Numbered from the stretch's first letter, positions 27,100 to 36,203 are shown. The stretch: 64,000 nt of DNA from Flavobacteriales bacterium (GCA_023382455.1 JAHDVX010000011.1:6709-70708); one strand, 5' to 3'. Notes: generated from the sequence alone by a model not told the origin. Numbers and translations are program-made.

Positions 27100-28761
27100 T
27101 CAGTGAAGTTGGCATTCAGCGGCCCCCATCATGTCATTGAACAGGGATCGCAGTTTATTGGGCACCTGGGCGGCAGCCGGGTCCTGGGTGTTCGGATCGT
27201 TCACATAGGTCGTGTACGCATTGGTCCAGTAGTAGTTGCTTACCTGCCCCTGAAGCAGGAATTGCGTTTTCAACTGGTTGCGCACTTCGGGCGAGACCGG
27301 CACACCGAACAGCAGGTCCGCCGCATCCTGGACCAAGGCGTCCGGGTCCGAGGGATTGCTGAACTGGGAAACCACGGAGACAAAATCCACCTTGAACTGC
27401 AGGTTCCGGTTGTCCGGAAGCACGAGTTGGGGAGGAGTTGAGAACCCGTAGATGGCGATGCGATCACGCATGGCCATTTTGGACACGGTGGTGGAGCCGT
27501 CCACCCAGGTCAGGTCGAACTGCGGGGCCTGGTAATAGGCGGGCCAACCGGCCACATTGGGAACCTCTCCCACCGCTTGGGCGGCATCCTCGCACAGGAA
27601 GCGCACCCGGTTCCATACGTTGTATTGGGCCTCGAACAGGTCCGGGCCGGGCATGGGCATGCGCAATTCGCGGATCCATCCGATGCACAGGTCCAAGGGG
27701 CTCTTCACCATGCAGCCGCGCACGTCCGGGCTGAAGAAATGTTCGCTCGTCAGCAGGGCGTGCATCACCGTGGCGATCTGGTCCGGTGATCCATCCTCGT
27801 CCCGGAAGACCTGTGCCAACGGCTCGATCACGTCGGCCTGCACCTCCGGTGTGATGTCGTTGCCCACGAACCACCGGTAAAGCTGCGTGCAGATGAACAC
27901 CGCCGCCTGTGGCCGGCTGAAGATCAGGTCCACGAACTGGGCCACCTCGTTCAGCGCCCCGGCCTCGGTGGCCTGGCCGGTGATGGTGGCATTGTCGAAG
28001 AAGGCACTGAACACCTTGTCGTTCTGGTCATGGTTGGCCGCATTGAACACCACGGTGGGCAACGTTGTTGCTCCCGGAGGGCCTTCGGTGACCGACCAGC
28101 CGGTGAAGATCCTGGCGGCTGTGGCCACGTCCTCCTGGGTATAGCCGCTTCCTTCCCCCAAGGTGAACAGCTCCATCAACTCCCGCCCGTAGTTCTCGTC
28201 GGGGGCACTGGCCATGTTGTAGGTGCCGTTCAGGTAGATGAGCATGGCGCCATCGGTGCTCAAGGCCGACATCAATGCCCGCACATTGCCCTTGCAATGG
28301 TCGCGCAGCAGCTGGCAATAGGTATAGCTCGACTCGGGCATGAACACCACATTCACCTGGATGGGCATGTGGTTGTACCAGAACAGGGTGAGCTTCTCCC
28401 GCAGGTTCCGCTCCTGGCCGATGAGCAGGCCCGTCCACCAGTTGCGCAGGCTCTCGTTCCGCTTGGGAATGGGATTGGGCGGAATGCCCATCTGGCGCAC
28501 CACATTGTACCAAGGCTGCCCGAATTGCACGGCTACGTCGATCAGGTTCGGGTCCTGCACCCCATTGGGGTCCGCGCTGCTGTACGCCTTTACCGGTGGT
28601 GTGGTGTTGTTGGTGAAAGCCAACAACTCCTGCACCACAGCCTCCAGGCCCATGCCTGCAAAGTGGTTCAGGTCGTCAATGCTTGCACCGAACAAGGACC
28701 GCCGCAGCAGATGTCTTAGCTCGGTGACGCCGAAAGGTCCGGAATAGGGTGTCAATGCCAT
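27100..28761 (-). CDS. DUF1800 domain protein
   Basis: Motifs ELRHLLRRSLFGAS, NENYGRELMELFTLGEG and others. ATG 28761 was verified. Its stop lies 2 nt before the DUF1501 start. Confidence 0.8.
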   Translation of the reverse strand: MALTPYSGPFGVTELRHLLRRSLFGASIDDLNHFAGMGLEAVVQELLAFTNNTTPPVKAYSSADPNGVQDPNLIDVAVQFGQPWYNVVRQMGIPPNPIPKRNESLRNWWTGLLIGQERNLREKLTLFWYNHMPIQVNVVFMPESSYTYCQLLRDHCKGNVRALMSALSTDGAMLIYLNGTYNMASAPDENYGRELMELFTLGEGSGYTQEDVATAARIFTGWSVTEGPPGATTLPTVVFNAANHDQNDKVFSAFFDNATITGQATEAGALNEVAQFVDLIFSRPQAAVFICTQLYRWFVGNDITPEVQADVIEPLAQVFRDEDGSPDQIATVMHALLTSEHFFSPDVRGCMVKSPLDLCIGWIRELRMPMPGPDLFEAQYNVWNRVRFLCEDAAQAVGEVPNVAGWPAYYQAPQFDLTWVDGSTTVSKMAMRDRIAIYGFSTPPQLVLPDNRNLQFKVDFVSVVSQFSNPSDPDALVQDAADLLFGVPVSPEVRNQLKTQFLLQGQVSNYYWTNAYTTYVNDPNTQDPAAAQVPNKLRSLFNDMMGAAECQLH

Positions 28762-28773
28762 TTTCTGGGTACA

Positions 28774-28781
28774 CAAAAGTA
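28774..28781 (-). promoter_or_regulatory. promoter box TACTTTTG (DUF1800-DUF1501 operon)
   Basis: Perfect TAnnTTTG, 12 nt upstream of ATG 28761. Confidence 0.5.
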
Positions 28782-29020
28782 GGGTTACCGGCCCTAGGCC
28801 ATCTATACCGTTTTCTTGGTAAAAAAGTTCGCAACCCACAGGGTTTCCGGCAATTGATGCCCACGGCCATCCGACCTCTCCCTTGCCGCCACCAAGGGGA
28901 GAACCAAGGCTTCTGAACCCACCGTATCCCACTGAGGACCGATCGCCTACCCACGAACACACGGAAATCCGTGGCCGTAGTGGCCTCTACAGCATCCCGG
29001 ATCGGAGGCCGTGAGCAACT

Positions 29021-31417
29021 TCAGAACCGCACGGTCACTCCGCCCATCAGGTTGAACGGCGCCTGCGGGAACAAACCCACCATTTCCTGCCTTCGTCCCT
29101 CGCTGATGTAGCTGTATGACCATCCATTGCTCTCATAGAGCTCACTGAACAGATTGCGCGCCGTGAGGTTGAGGTCGATGCCCTTGGAGCCCTTCAGGGT
29201 GAGCAACGTGGCGTTCAGCCGGAGGTCGTTCACCAGATAGGCGTCCAGCATCCGCTCGGTACTGGCGCTGTTGTCCAGGTACTGCCGGCCAACGTACCGG
29301 GTGATGAGGTGGACTTCCGCATGGCCTTTCCCCGGTTTATCGATCACGCGCCAGGACAACTGGCTGCTTCCGGTGACCGCCGGGGAGAAGGCCAGGTCGC
29401 TTGACCCATGGAAAAAGGCCACTTGGCCGCCGTTGTCCCAATCATCCACATACTCCGTGAAATCGCGGACCTCATTCCGGCTGAGGGTGGCGTTCATGCG
29501 CCAAGTGAGGCGCTCCACGGGGCGCACGGCGAACATCAGCTCCGCGCCCGCCCGGTAGCTGCTGCCCACGTTGGTGCGCAGGGCGGCGCCCACATCGTTC
29601 AGCTCGCCGGTAAGCACCAACTGGTCCGTGTAGTCCATGTAGTACAGGTTCAGCCCCGCGCTGATGCGCCCGCTGCGCCGTTCGTAGCCCAGTTCATAGT
29701 CCACCAGGCGTTCCGGCCGGGGTCGATCGTTCGGGGTGGCTTCCTCCAGGTCGTCCCGGTTGGGCTCGCGGTGCGCCACCGCCATGGAGGCGTGGATGCG
29801 GCCGCCTTCATGCACACGCCACAGCAGGCCCGCCTTCGGGTTGAGGAAGCTCCAGGCCAGGTCCTGCTCGGCCTGCTCCAATTGGTCGCTGATGCCCAGG
29901 TAGCGGTAGCCCACCTGCCGTACTTGCAGGTCGCCGAACACGTCAAGCTTCCGGCACGCGGCATAGTTCAGCTTGGCAAAGGCGTTCGCGTCGGTCTTGC
30001 GGGCATCGTTGTCGTAATAGCGGTCGCGGATGAACCCTTCACCGGCATACCGCGCCCAGGTCACCTCGCCGTAGTGTTCACCCGCGTAGTTGCTCCAACT
30101 GCCGCCGATCACCAGGCGGTGTCCGCCCAGCTTGAAGCTGGTGCTCAGGTTCGCCCCGGTCAAGGTGTTGTCCAACCATTTGCGCCGGATGATGTCCGTG
30201 GAGGAGACGGTGTCCCCATTGATCACGGCCGGGGCGATGCCGTAGTCCGCCAGGTCGTCGTCCGGCCGGAACTGCTCGTAGTACCCGGCGCCCAGCACGC
30301 GGAACAGCGTCAGGTTGAGCAGGGCCGACCGGCTGATCTGCTGGTCGAAAAGCACTTGGTAGTGGGTCTGGTCGTAGTGGTCCACCTGATTGTCGTAGGA
30401 GAAGCCGTTGTAGGTGCGGTTGGTGTCGATCACCTCCTTGGGCACACCGTCCCAGGCCTGGAAGGTGACCTCCCGGCCGCGGAACGTGATGAACCGGAGG
30501 CTATTCCTCCTCCCCACCCACGCGCCTTGCAGGAAATAGCTCTTCAGGTCGGCCGTGGCCCGGTCGATGTAGCCATCGCTGGTGATGGAGGACAGCCGCA
30601 TGTCCAGGCTGAAGCGCGACACCTCGGAGGCCCCGAGCAGGCCGGTGCCCCCGCTGACGGAGTAGCGCTGCGTGTTGTACGAGCCGCCGCCCACGCCCAC
30701 CAGGCCCCACGCCTCGCGCCGAACCTCGGTGGTGCGCAGGTTCACCGTGGCCCCGAAGGAGGCCGGCCCGTTGGTACTGGTGCCCACGCCGCGCTGCACC
30801 TCCACGTCCTCCGCACTGGCGGCCAGGTCAGGCAGGTTCACCAGGAAGGCCCCTTGGCTTTCGGCATCGTTGAACGGCACTCCGTTCAGGGTGATGTTGG
30901 TGCGAGTGGCATCCGTGCCGCGGATCCGCATGCCGGTGTAGCCGATACCTGTTCCTGCATCGCTGGTCACCACCACGCTGGGTTGCAGTTCAAGCAGGTA
31001 TGGCAGATCGGTGCCGGTGTTGGATTGTTCGATCTCCTCCCGCGAGAGCACACTGCGGGCAAAGGGTGCCCGGTCGCCGGCACGCAGCGCGGTCACCTCG
31101 GCGGCGGCCAGCATGGCGTTGCTGTGCTTCAGGACCAGCTCGGCCCGGTTGCTGCCGGCCTGCAGGTGGATCACCGTGTCCAAGGGCTGGAAGCCCAGGC
31201 CCTGCACACGGATGTGCAATGCGCCGGCGAAAAGTCCGCTCGCGCTGAACCGGCCTGCAGCATCGGTGGAAGCGGCCAAGGCCGGGTCACCGAGGCGCAT
31301 GCTGGCATACGGCACACCGGTGCCTTCAGGGTCCTTCACCACGCCCTCGAGCCTGGCCTGGCCTACCAAGGCGGATGCGGCCATTCCGGCCATGATGGTC
31401 AATGTGTATCTGTTCAT
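29021..31417 (-). CDS. TonB-dependent receptor (thiamine-related outer-membrane transporter candidate)
   Basis: Signal peptide, CarboxypepD_reg-like N-domain, plug (DLPYLLELQPSVVV, GMRIRG, NGVPFND), a beta-barrel and terminal F. It sits directly behind a TPP riboswitch. Confidence 0.9.
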   Translation of the reverse strand: MNRYTLTIMAGMAASALVGQARLEGVVKDPEGTGVPYASMRLGDPALAASTDAAGRFSASGLFAGALHIRVQGLGFQPLDTVIHLQAGSNRAELVLKHSNAMLAAAEVTALRAGDRAPFARSVLSREEIEQSNTGTDLPYLLELQPSVVVTSDAGTGIGYTGMRIRGTDATRTNITLNGVPFNDAESQGAFLVNLPDLAASAEDVEVQRGVGTSTNGPASFGATVNLRTTEVRREAWGLVGVGGGSYNTQRYSVSGGTGLLGASEVSRFSLDMRLSSITSDGYIDRATADLKSYFLQGAWVGRRNSLRFITFRGREVTFQAWDGVPKEVIDTNRTYNGFSYDNQVDHYDQTHYQVLFDQQISRSALLNLTLFRVLGAGYYEQFRPDDDLADYGIAPAVINGDTVSSTDIIRRKWLDNTLTGANLSTSFKLGGHRLVIGGSWSNYAGEHYGEVTWARYAGEGFIRDRYYDNDARKTDANAFAKLNYAACRKLDVFGDLQVRQVGYRYLGISDQLEQAEQDLAWSFLNPKAGLLWRVHEGGRIHASMAVAHREPNRDDLEEATPNDRPRPERLVDYELGYERRSGRISAGLNLYYMDYTDQLVLTGELNDVGAALRTNVGSSYRAGAELMFAVRPVERLTWRMNATLSRNEVRDFTEYVDDWDNGGQVAFFHGSSDLAFSPAVTGSSQLSWRVIDKPGKGHAEVHLITRYVGRQYLDNSASTERMLDAYLVNDLRLNATLLTLKGSKGIDLNLTARNLFSELYESNGWSYSYISEGRRQEMVGLFPQAPFNLMGGVTVRF

Positions 31418-31464
31418 GGGTCCTCCGTGTTTGCATGTCTGGCACGGAGGTGCTCCGGATGGTC

Positions 31465-31552
31465 CGGCGCGTTCCCTTCGCAGCATTACCTGCGCAGGTT
31501 CATCGGGTATGATCTCAGCTCGCGTTGCCGCGGGCACCCCAGTGGAAGACGG
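31465..31552 (-). promoter_or_regulatory. TPP (thiamine pyrophosphate) riboswitch
   Basis: The minus-strand reading UUCCACUGGGGUGCCCGCGGCAACGCGAGCUGAGAUCAUACCCGAUGAACCUGCGCAGGUAAUGCUGCGAAGGGAAC contains the THI-box blocks GGGGUGC, CUGAGA, ACCC, GAACCUG, GGUAAUGC and GCGAAGGGAA in canonical order. A downstream hairpin CCUCCGUG...CACGGAGG abuts the ATG at 31417. Confidence 0.85.
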
Positions 31553-31554
31553 CG

Positions 31555-31562
31555 CGAAGGTA
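31555..31562 (-). promoter_or_regulatory. -7-type promoter box TACCTTCG (drives riboswitch + TonB-dependent receptor)
   Basis: The box ends 6 nt upstream of the first P1 nucleotides of the TPP aptamer. This is where a transcription start is expected. Confidence 0.6.
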
Positions 31563-31741
31563 GCATCAGCGTTGCCATGCCCGCTCACTTCGGATGATAC
31601 CTGCACCTTTCTCGGACCGTCATCAGGTCCAGTTCAGTCATACCACCATCGTGCAATCCAATCGAAGCCTTGGCCATCCCATGCTCCCGCACCGGCCATC
31701 CCTGCGGCTCGATACTTTTACGCCTCCCAATGCCCCACCAC

Positions 31742-33106
31742 ATGAATCCACAGATCCGCATGGCCTTTCTCGCATGGTTGACCACACCGCTAATCGCCGG
31801 CATGACGGCCCAGGCGCAACCCACCAACACGGTGTGGACCGAATTGGGAGGCGGGGTTAACGGCCCGGTGATCGCCGTGCTGGAAGGCAACGGTGATACG
31901 CTGGTGGTGGTGGGCGATTTTACCGTGGCGGGCGGGGTGCCTGCCAACCACGTGGCCCTGTGGGACGGCAATTCCTTCTCCGGCATGGGCAGTGGCGTGG
32001 GTGGCAACATCTCCTCGGCAGCCATGGTGAACGGAGTGCCGTACATCGGTGGTGACGCCCTGAGCTCGAACTACAACGACATCGCCTACTGGGACGGGAA
32101 TGCTTGGGTCTTCGGGAATGCCTTCAGCGGGAACTACCCGCAGGTCACTACGCTCTTCGAGCACGACGGCACACTCTATGCCGGCGGCATCACGGCGGGC
32201 TTCGCCGGTCTGGATGACCATGTGCTGCGCTTAGTGAACGGCAACTGGGAACCGGTGGGCGGCACCCTGAACAACCTGGTCCGTTGCCTCGGATGGCACG
32301 ACGGGCGCATCGTTGCGGGCGGCGACTTCACCGCCTTGCAGAACGGCGGCGGCACCAACCTTAACCACGTGGCCATCATCACCGGCAGCGACTGGGGGCC
32401 CTTGGGCGTGGGCCTGCCCGATGCGGTGAACGCCTTGCAGGACATGGACGGCACGCTCTATGCCGGCGGCCCCATCCGCACGGGCGGTGTGCAGGACTTC
32501 GGGCTGGCCCGCTTCGCGCTTGGTGCGAGTACTTGGGAAATGCTGATGCCGGGTTCAACGGCTTATGTGCCGATGGGCGCACCCGACTATCCGGCGGTGA
32601 ATGCCCTGTGCACCGATGGCGACCATCTGATTCTCGGCGGAAAGTTCCCGCTGGACGTGAACGGCGTAACCGGGTCACATGTCGCGCGCTTTGACGGAAG
32701 CGCGGATGCCTTCACCCCGCTGGCCTCCTTCAACGACGCGGTCTCCGTACTGGCCTGGACCAGCCCATGGGGTTTGGTTGCCGGCGGCTCCTTCACCATG
32801 GAAGGCAGCACAGTGGCCAACCATCTGGCGCATACCGACCAAGCCACTTCCATCAACACGACCGAGCGCGCCGTAGGGCCTTTCATATTTCCCAATCCGG
32901 TGGTCGATCAACTCCTCCTCTCAGGTGTTCCGCCCATGGATGGCGTGGTGGAGGTGTACGGCCTGGACGGTCGCAGGCTGTCCGCCACGGCCCATCTGCA
33001 CACGGGGCAGGCCACGCTGGACGTGTCTTCCTTGGCCCCGGGGCTCTACTTGCTGCGTCTCACGGTGAACGGGCAGCCGGAGTCGCTGCGGTTCATCAAG
33101 GAATAG
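31742..33106 (+). CDS. secreted repeat (beta-propeller-like) protein with T9SS C-terminal domain
   Basis: Signal peptide, repeated GDFT..AGG...N[HL]VA.WDG units, and a C-terminal CTD (FPNPVVDQLLL, VEVYGLDGRRL, GLYLLRL). Confidence 0.7.
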   Translation: MNPQIRMAFLAWLTTPLIAGMTAQAQPTNTVWTELGGGVNGPVIAVLEGNGDTLVVVGDFTVAGGVPANHVALWDGNSFSGMGSGVGGNISSAAMVNGVPYIGGDALSSNYNDIAYWDGNAWVFGNAFSGNYPQVTTLFEHDGTLYAGGITAGFAGLDDHVLRLVNGNWEPVGGTLNNLVRCLGWHDGRIVAGGDFTALQNGGGTNLNHVAIITGSDWGPLGVGLPDAVNALQDMDGTLYAGGPIRTGGVQDFGLARFALGASTWEMLMPGSTAYVPMGAPDYPAVNALCTDGDHLILGGKFPLDVNGVTGSHVARFDGSADAFTPLASFNDAVSVLAWTSPWGLVAGGSFTMEGSTVANHLAHTDQATSINTTERAVGPFIFPNPVVDQLLLSGVPPMDGVVEVYGLDGRRLSATAHLHTGQATLDVSSLAPGLYLLRLTVNGQPESLRFIKE

Positions 33107-33611
33107 GCCGGCCCTCCAAGGCCCGCAAGGCGGCCTCCGTGCGTTGGTCCCCCAAGCCACTCACCACAGCGTAGGGTTTTCCCAAGCGCTGCAGCGTACC
33201 CTCGTAGACGTCGAACAGGCGGTCGCGGTCGTGCGGGTTCTCACGCTGTGGATCATAAACCCAAGGGATGTCCGGCATGCAGAGCAACCACAGGTCGTAG
33301 GGCCGGTTGCGGGTCTGCTCCACGATCCACGGGTCGCTGCGCCCGAACTTCTCCTCGCCCCAGATGCGGATGGTGATCAGGTCCGTATCGCAGATCAGCA
33401 ACGGCGGCCCGCCAGCGGCGGCGGCCTCTTCCGCCCTCAGCTGCGCACGGGCGATCTGCAACAGGTCATCCTCCCGGTACGGCCGGCCAAGCGCATCCAG
33501 ATAAGGCCGCGCCATCTCCGGCACCCACGGCACGCCGAAGTGCCTGGCCAGGTTTCCGGACAGGACCGACTTGCCGGCACACTCGGGACCCGTGACCACG
33601 ATCTTGCGCAT
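33096..33611 (-). CDS. AAA-type ATPase resembling the NadR ribosylnicotinamide kinase domain
   Basis: P-loop VVTGPECAGKS, then ICDTDLITIRIW and a general NadR C-terminal-domain layout. ATG 33611 was verified. Confidence 0.6.
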   Translation of the reverse strand: MRKIVVTGPECAGKSVLSGNLARHFGVPWVPEMARPYLDALGRPYREDDLLQIARAQLRAEEAAAAGGPPLLICDTDLITIRIWGEEKFGRSDPWIVEQTRNRPYDLWLLCMPDIPWVYDPQRENPHDRDRLFDVYEGTLQRLGKPYAVVSGLGDQRTEAALRALEGRPIP

Positions 33612-33694
33612 TTGCTGCTTGGTGCCCGTGAGGGGAATGCTCCGTTCCGGCGCGGTTGGCGGGGGAAAAGTACCGGCACCGACCGGAACCGCGA

Positions 33695-34105
33695 TCAATG
33701 CTGCGGATACTTGTGCGGGTCCTGGTGGTCCTCCTCGATCTTCATCTTCACCGACCACATCTTCTTGCCCAGCACGGCCAACTCACGGTGCCCATGGCGC
33801 AGCAGCCAGCCCAGCGCCTCCTCGTCGCCGCCGCATTCGGCCACTTTGCGCAGCACCTGCATGCCGTTCCGGTCCAGCCATTCCAAGGCCTCGTCATCGC
33901 CCTCAATGCCCCGGATCACGGCCATGAGGTGCGGATGACCGTTCTCCATCAGCCATTTGCGCGCATCCGCCTTCAGGTGCAGGGCGAAAACGAAGATGCC
34001 CAGCTCGGGGTAGCCGTTCTTCATCAGCCAATCGCGCAGGCCGGCATGGCCGGATATGGCCTCGCCCCAGGCCAACAGGATCTTCGCGGGGTACTCCAGG
34101 CGCAT
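33695..34105 (-). CDS. hypothetical protein with four W-L-x-x-N/H-G repeats
   Basis: 136-aa ORF at the 3' end of a long shadow ORF. It has four ~22-30 aa repeats (RDWLMKNGYPEL, RKWLMENGHPHL, LEWLDRNGMQVL, LGWLLRHGHREL) and a promoter-like box 6 nt upstream. Confidence 0.5.
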   Translation of the reverse strand: MRLEYPAKILLAWGEAISGHAGLRDWLMKNGYPELGIFVFALHLKADARKWLMENGHPHLMAVIRGIEGDDEALEWLDRNGMQVLRKVAECGGDEEALGWLLRHGHRELAVLGKKMWSVKMKIEEDHQDPHKYPQH

Positions 34106-34111
34106 GCGGCG

Positions 34112-34119
34112 TGAAGGTA
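34112..34119 (-). promoter_or_regulatory. promoter-like box TACCTTCA, 6 nt before the ATG of the repeat protein
   Basis: Minus-strand TACCTTCA-CGCCGC-ATG. Confidence 0.35.
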
Positions 34120-34201
34120 GAAGATGCACAGGGGATGCGCGGTGGTTCCCTGCGATCATGGCCTGAATGGACCGGGGCCAAGGGAACGCACGGGGCCTCC
34201 C

Positions 34202-34209
34202 TACCTTCG
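34202..34209 (+). promoter_or_regulatory. promoter box TACCTTCG, 4 nt before the ATG of the TPR protein
   Basis: TACCTTCG-TCCC-ATG. Confidence 0.45.
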
Positions 34210-34213
34210 TCCC

Positions 34214-35230
34214 ATGCACCGGACCCTGATCGTTCTCGCCGCCTGGATGCCGATCCTGCTCTTCGGGCAAGCCCCCACCAAGCAGGAGGTGAAGGTCCGC
34301 AGGCAACTGGACAAAGGGAAGGCCTATGCCGCCATCCGCAACGCCACCGCCATGGTGCTCAAGGGCACGCACCCGGAATTCCTGGCCTTGCGTGCGGAGG
34401 GATACAACGCCATCGGCGAATTCAGCAAGGCGGAGGCGGATGCGCGCTCGGCCATGCAGCTGCTGCCGGGGCGGCGGGAAGGCCTGCTGCAACTGGCCCT
34501 GGCGGAGCAAGGCCTGGGGCGCTTGGACAGTGCGGCGCACCACCTGCGCCAGGTCCTGGGAACAGGGGCCGATGCAGAGGTCCGCTACCGGTTGGCACTG
34601 GTGGAAATGAGCCGGGGCCAATTGGGCGCGGCCATGACGGAGATCGATCGGGCGCTTGTAATGGCCGGTGCCCCCGGCCCGCAGACCGCCCGGCTGCACC
34701 GCGTGAAAGGCGAAGTGGCGGCCATGGCGGGCGATAGCCTCCTGGCACGCCAACAGTTGGATTCGGCCGTGGCCTTGGCTCCGGACGACCCGGTGAACTA
34801 CAACAGCCGCGGCTACTACGCCCATGCATGGCGGGGCGAGCACGGCAAGGCCATCGCCGACTACAGCCGGGCCATCCGCTTGAACCCCAACTACAGCTAC
34901 GCCTTCAACAACCGTGGCTGGAGCCGCTACAAGCTGGGCGAAAAGGACAAGGCGCTCAAGGACATCGGCCAGGCCAAGCGGCGCAAGGCCAGCAACCCGT
35001 TCATCTACCGGAACCTCGGGGTGATCGCCTTGGAAAGCGGCGACACGGCCAAGGCCTGCATGCTGTTCCGCCAAGCGCTGGACTGGGGTTTCACGGCCAG
35101 CCACGGACCCGAGGTGGAGCAGCGCATCGCTGCCTGTTGCGGCAAACTCCCCGTACCGGTGCAGCCCCCGGCAAAAAACGCGCGCAGGCCGGAAACCCCG
35201 GTGGTGCCGCGCTCCAACGCTCCCGAATGA
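34214..35230 (+). CDS. tetratricopeptide-repeat protein, secreted
   Basis: Signal peptide MHRTLIVLAAWMPILLFGQ and multiple TPR units (AIADYSRAIRLNPNYSYAFNNRGW and others). Confidence 0.75.
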   Translation: MHRTLIVLAAWMPILLFGQAPTKQEVKVRRQLDKGKAYAAIRNATAMVLKGTHPEFLALRAEGYNAIGEFSKAEADARSAMQLLPGRREGLLQLALAEQGLGRLDSAAHHLRQVLGTGADAEVRYRLALVEMSRGQLGAAMTEIDRALVMAGAPGPQTARLHRVKGEVAAMAGDSLLARQQLDSAVALAPDDPVNYNSRGYYAHAWRGEHGKAIADYSRAIRLNPNYSYAFNNRGWSRYKLGEKDKALKDIGQAKRRKASNPFIYRNLGVIALESGDTAKACMLFRQALDWGFTASHGPEVEQRIAACCGKLPVPVQPPAKNARRPETPVVPRSNAPE

Positions 35231-36108
35231 TGGAACCAGCCCAAGGCATGCTGCGCGATGGCGCACTGGACGGAAAAACGATCGTGATCACCGGCGGCGG
35301 CACCGGCCTGGGCCGCAGCATGGCCGGGGCCTTCCTGCGGCTGGGCGCCAAGGTGTGCATCACCAGCCGGAAGCTCGACGTGCTGAAGGCCACTGCCGCT
35401 GAACTGGAAAAGGCCACCGGCGGCACGGTACTGCCCGTGGCTTGCGACGTGCGCAAATGGCAGGATGTGGACCGCCTGCTGGAGGAAGTGCTCACCGCCT
35501 TCGGCCACGTGGACGGCCTGGTGAACGATGCCGCCGGCAACTTCATCAGCCCTACCGAGCGGCTCAGCCCCAAGGCCTTCGAGACCATCATCGGCATCGT
35601 GCTGATGGGCACCGTGAACTGCACGCTGGCCTTCGGGAAGCATTGGATCGCCAAGGGGGAACGCGACCGCACCGTGCTCAACATCACCACCACCTACGCC
35701 TGGACGGGAAGCGGCTATGTGGTGCCCAGCGCCTGCGCCAAGGCCGGAGTGCTGGCCCTCACCCGATCGCTGGCCGTGGAATGGGCCAAGTACGGCATTC
35801 GCACCAACGCCATCGCCCCCGGCCCCTTCCCCACCAAGGGTGCCTGGCAGCGCCTGTTGCCCGGCGAGATGGTGGAGCGCTTCGACATGGCCAAGCGCGT
35901 TCCCCTTGGGCGCGTGGGCATGCACCACGAGCTCACCGACCTCGCCAGCTACCTTATCTCACCCTACAGCGGCTACATCAACGGCGAAGTGGTCACCATC
36001 GACGGGGGCGAATGGCTCAAAGGTGCCGGCCAGTTCAACATGCTCGAGATGGTGGAACCCGCCATGTGGGACACGATTGAACGCATGGTGCGCGGCACGA
36101 AAGCCTGA
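35227..36108 (+). CDS. SDR family oxidoreductase (2,4-dienoyl-CoA reductase-like)
   Basis: Cofactor motif TGGGTGLG. SDR-like SACAKAG segment around the active-site region and IAPGPF. The start overlaps the upstream stop. Confidence 0.8.
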   Translation: MMEPAQGMLRDGALDGKTIVITGGGTGLGRSMAGAFLRLGAKVCITSRKLDVLKATAAELEKATGGTVLPVACDVRKWQDVDRLLEEVLTAFGHVDGLVNDAAGNFISPTERLSPKAFETIIGIVLMGTVNCTLAFGKHWIAKGERDRTVLNITTTYAWTGSGYVVPSACAKAGVLALTRSLAVEWAKYGIRTNAIAPGPFPTKGAWQRLLPGEMVERFDMAKRVPLGRVGMHHELTDLASYLISPYSGYINGEVVTIDGGEWLKGAGQFNMLEMVEPAMWDTIERMVRGTKA

Positions 36109-36203
36109 AGGTGCCGCTTCAAGGGGCTCCCCGTGGCATGCCTTTTGTCATGGAGCCGAACAAACCAACCGCCTATCTTGCACACCACAAAACCATTCTG
36201 CCC

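Noticed and set aside
33096-33106. 11-nt overlaps of convergent gene ends, at 33096-33106 and 38513-38523.
   Set aside because: Short 3' overlaps of convergent genes are common in compact genomes. Nothing further is suggested by the sequence.
33695-35266. Long N-terminal extensions of real genes in the ORF track. Examples: 33695-35266, 36782-38344, 38513-40000, 46428-48275, 3766-5214, 27100-28962, 29021-31606.
   Set aside because: The extensions overlap neighbouring genes, contain promoter boxes or the riboswitch, and lack any family similarity. Internal ATGs that give a signal peptide or family-typical N-terminus were used instead.
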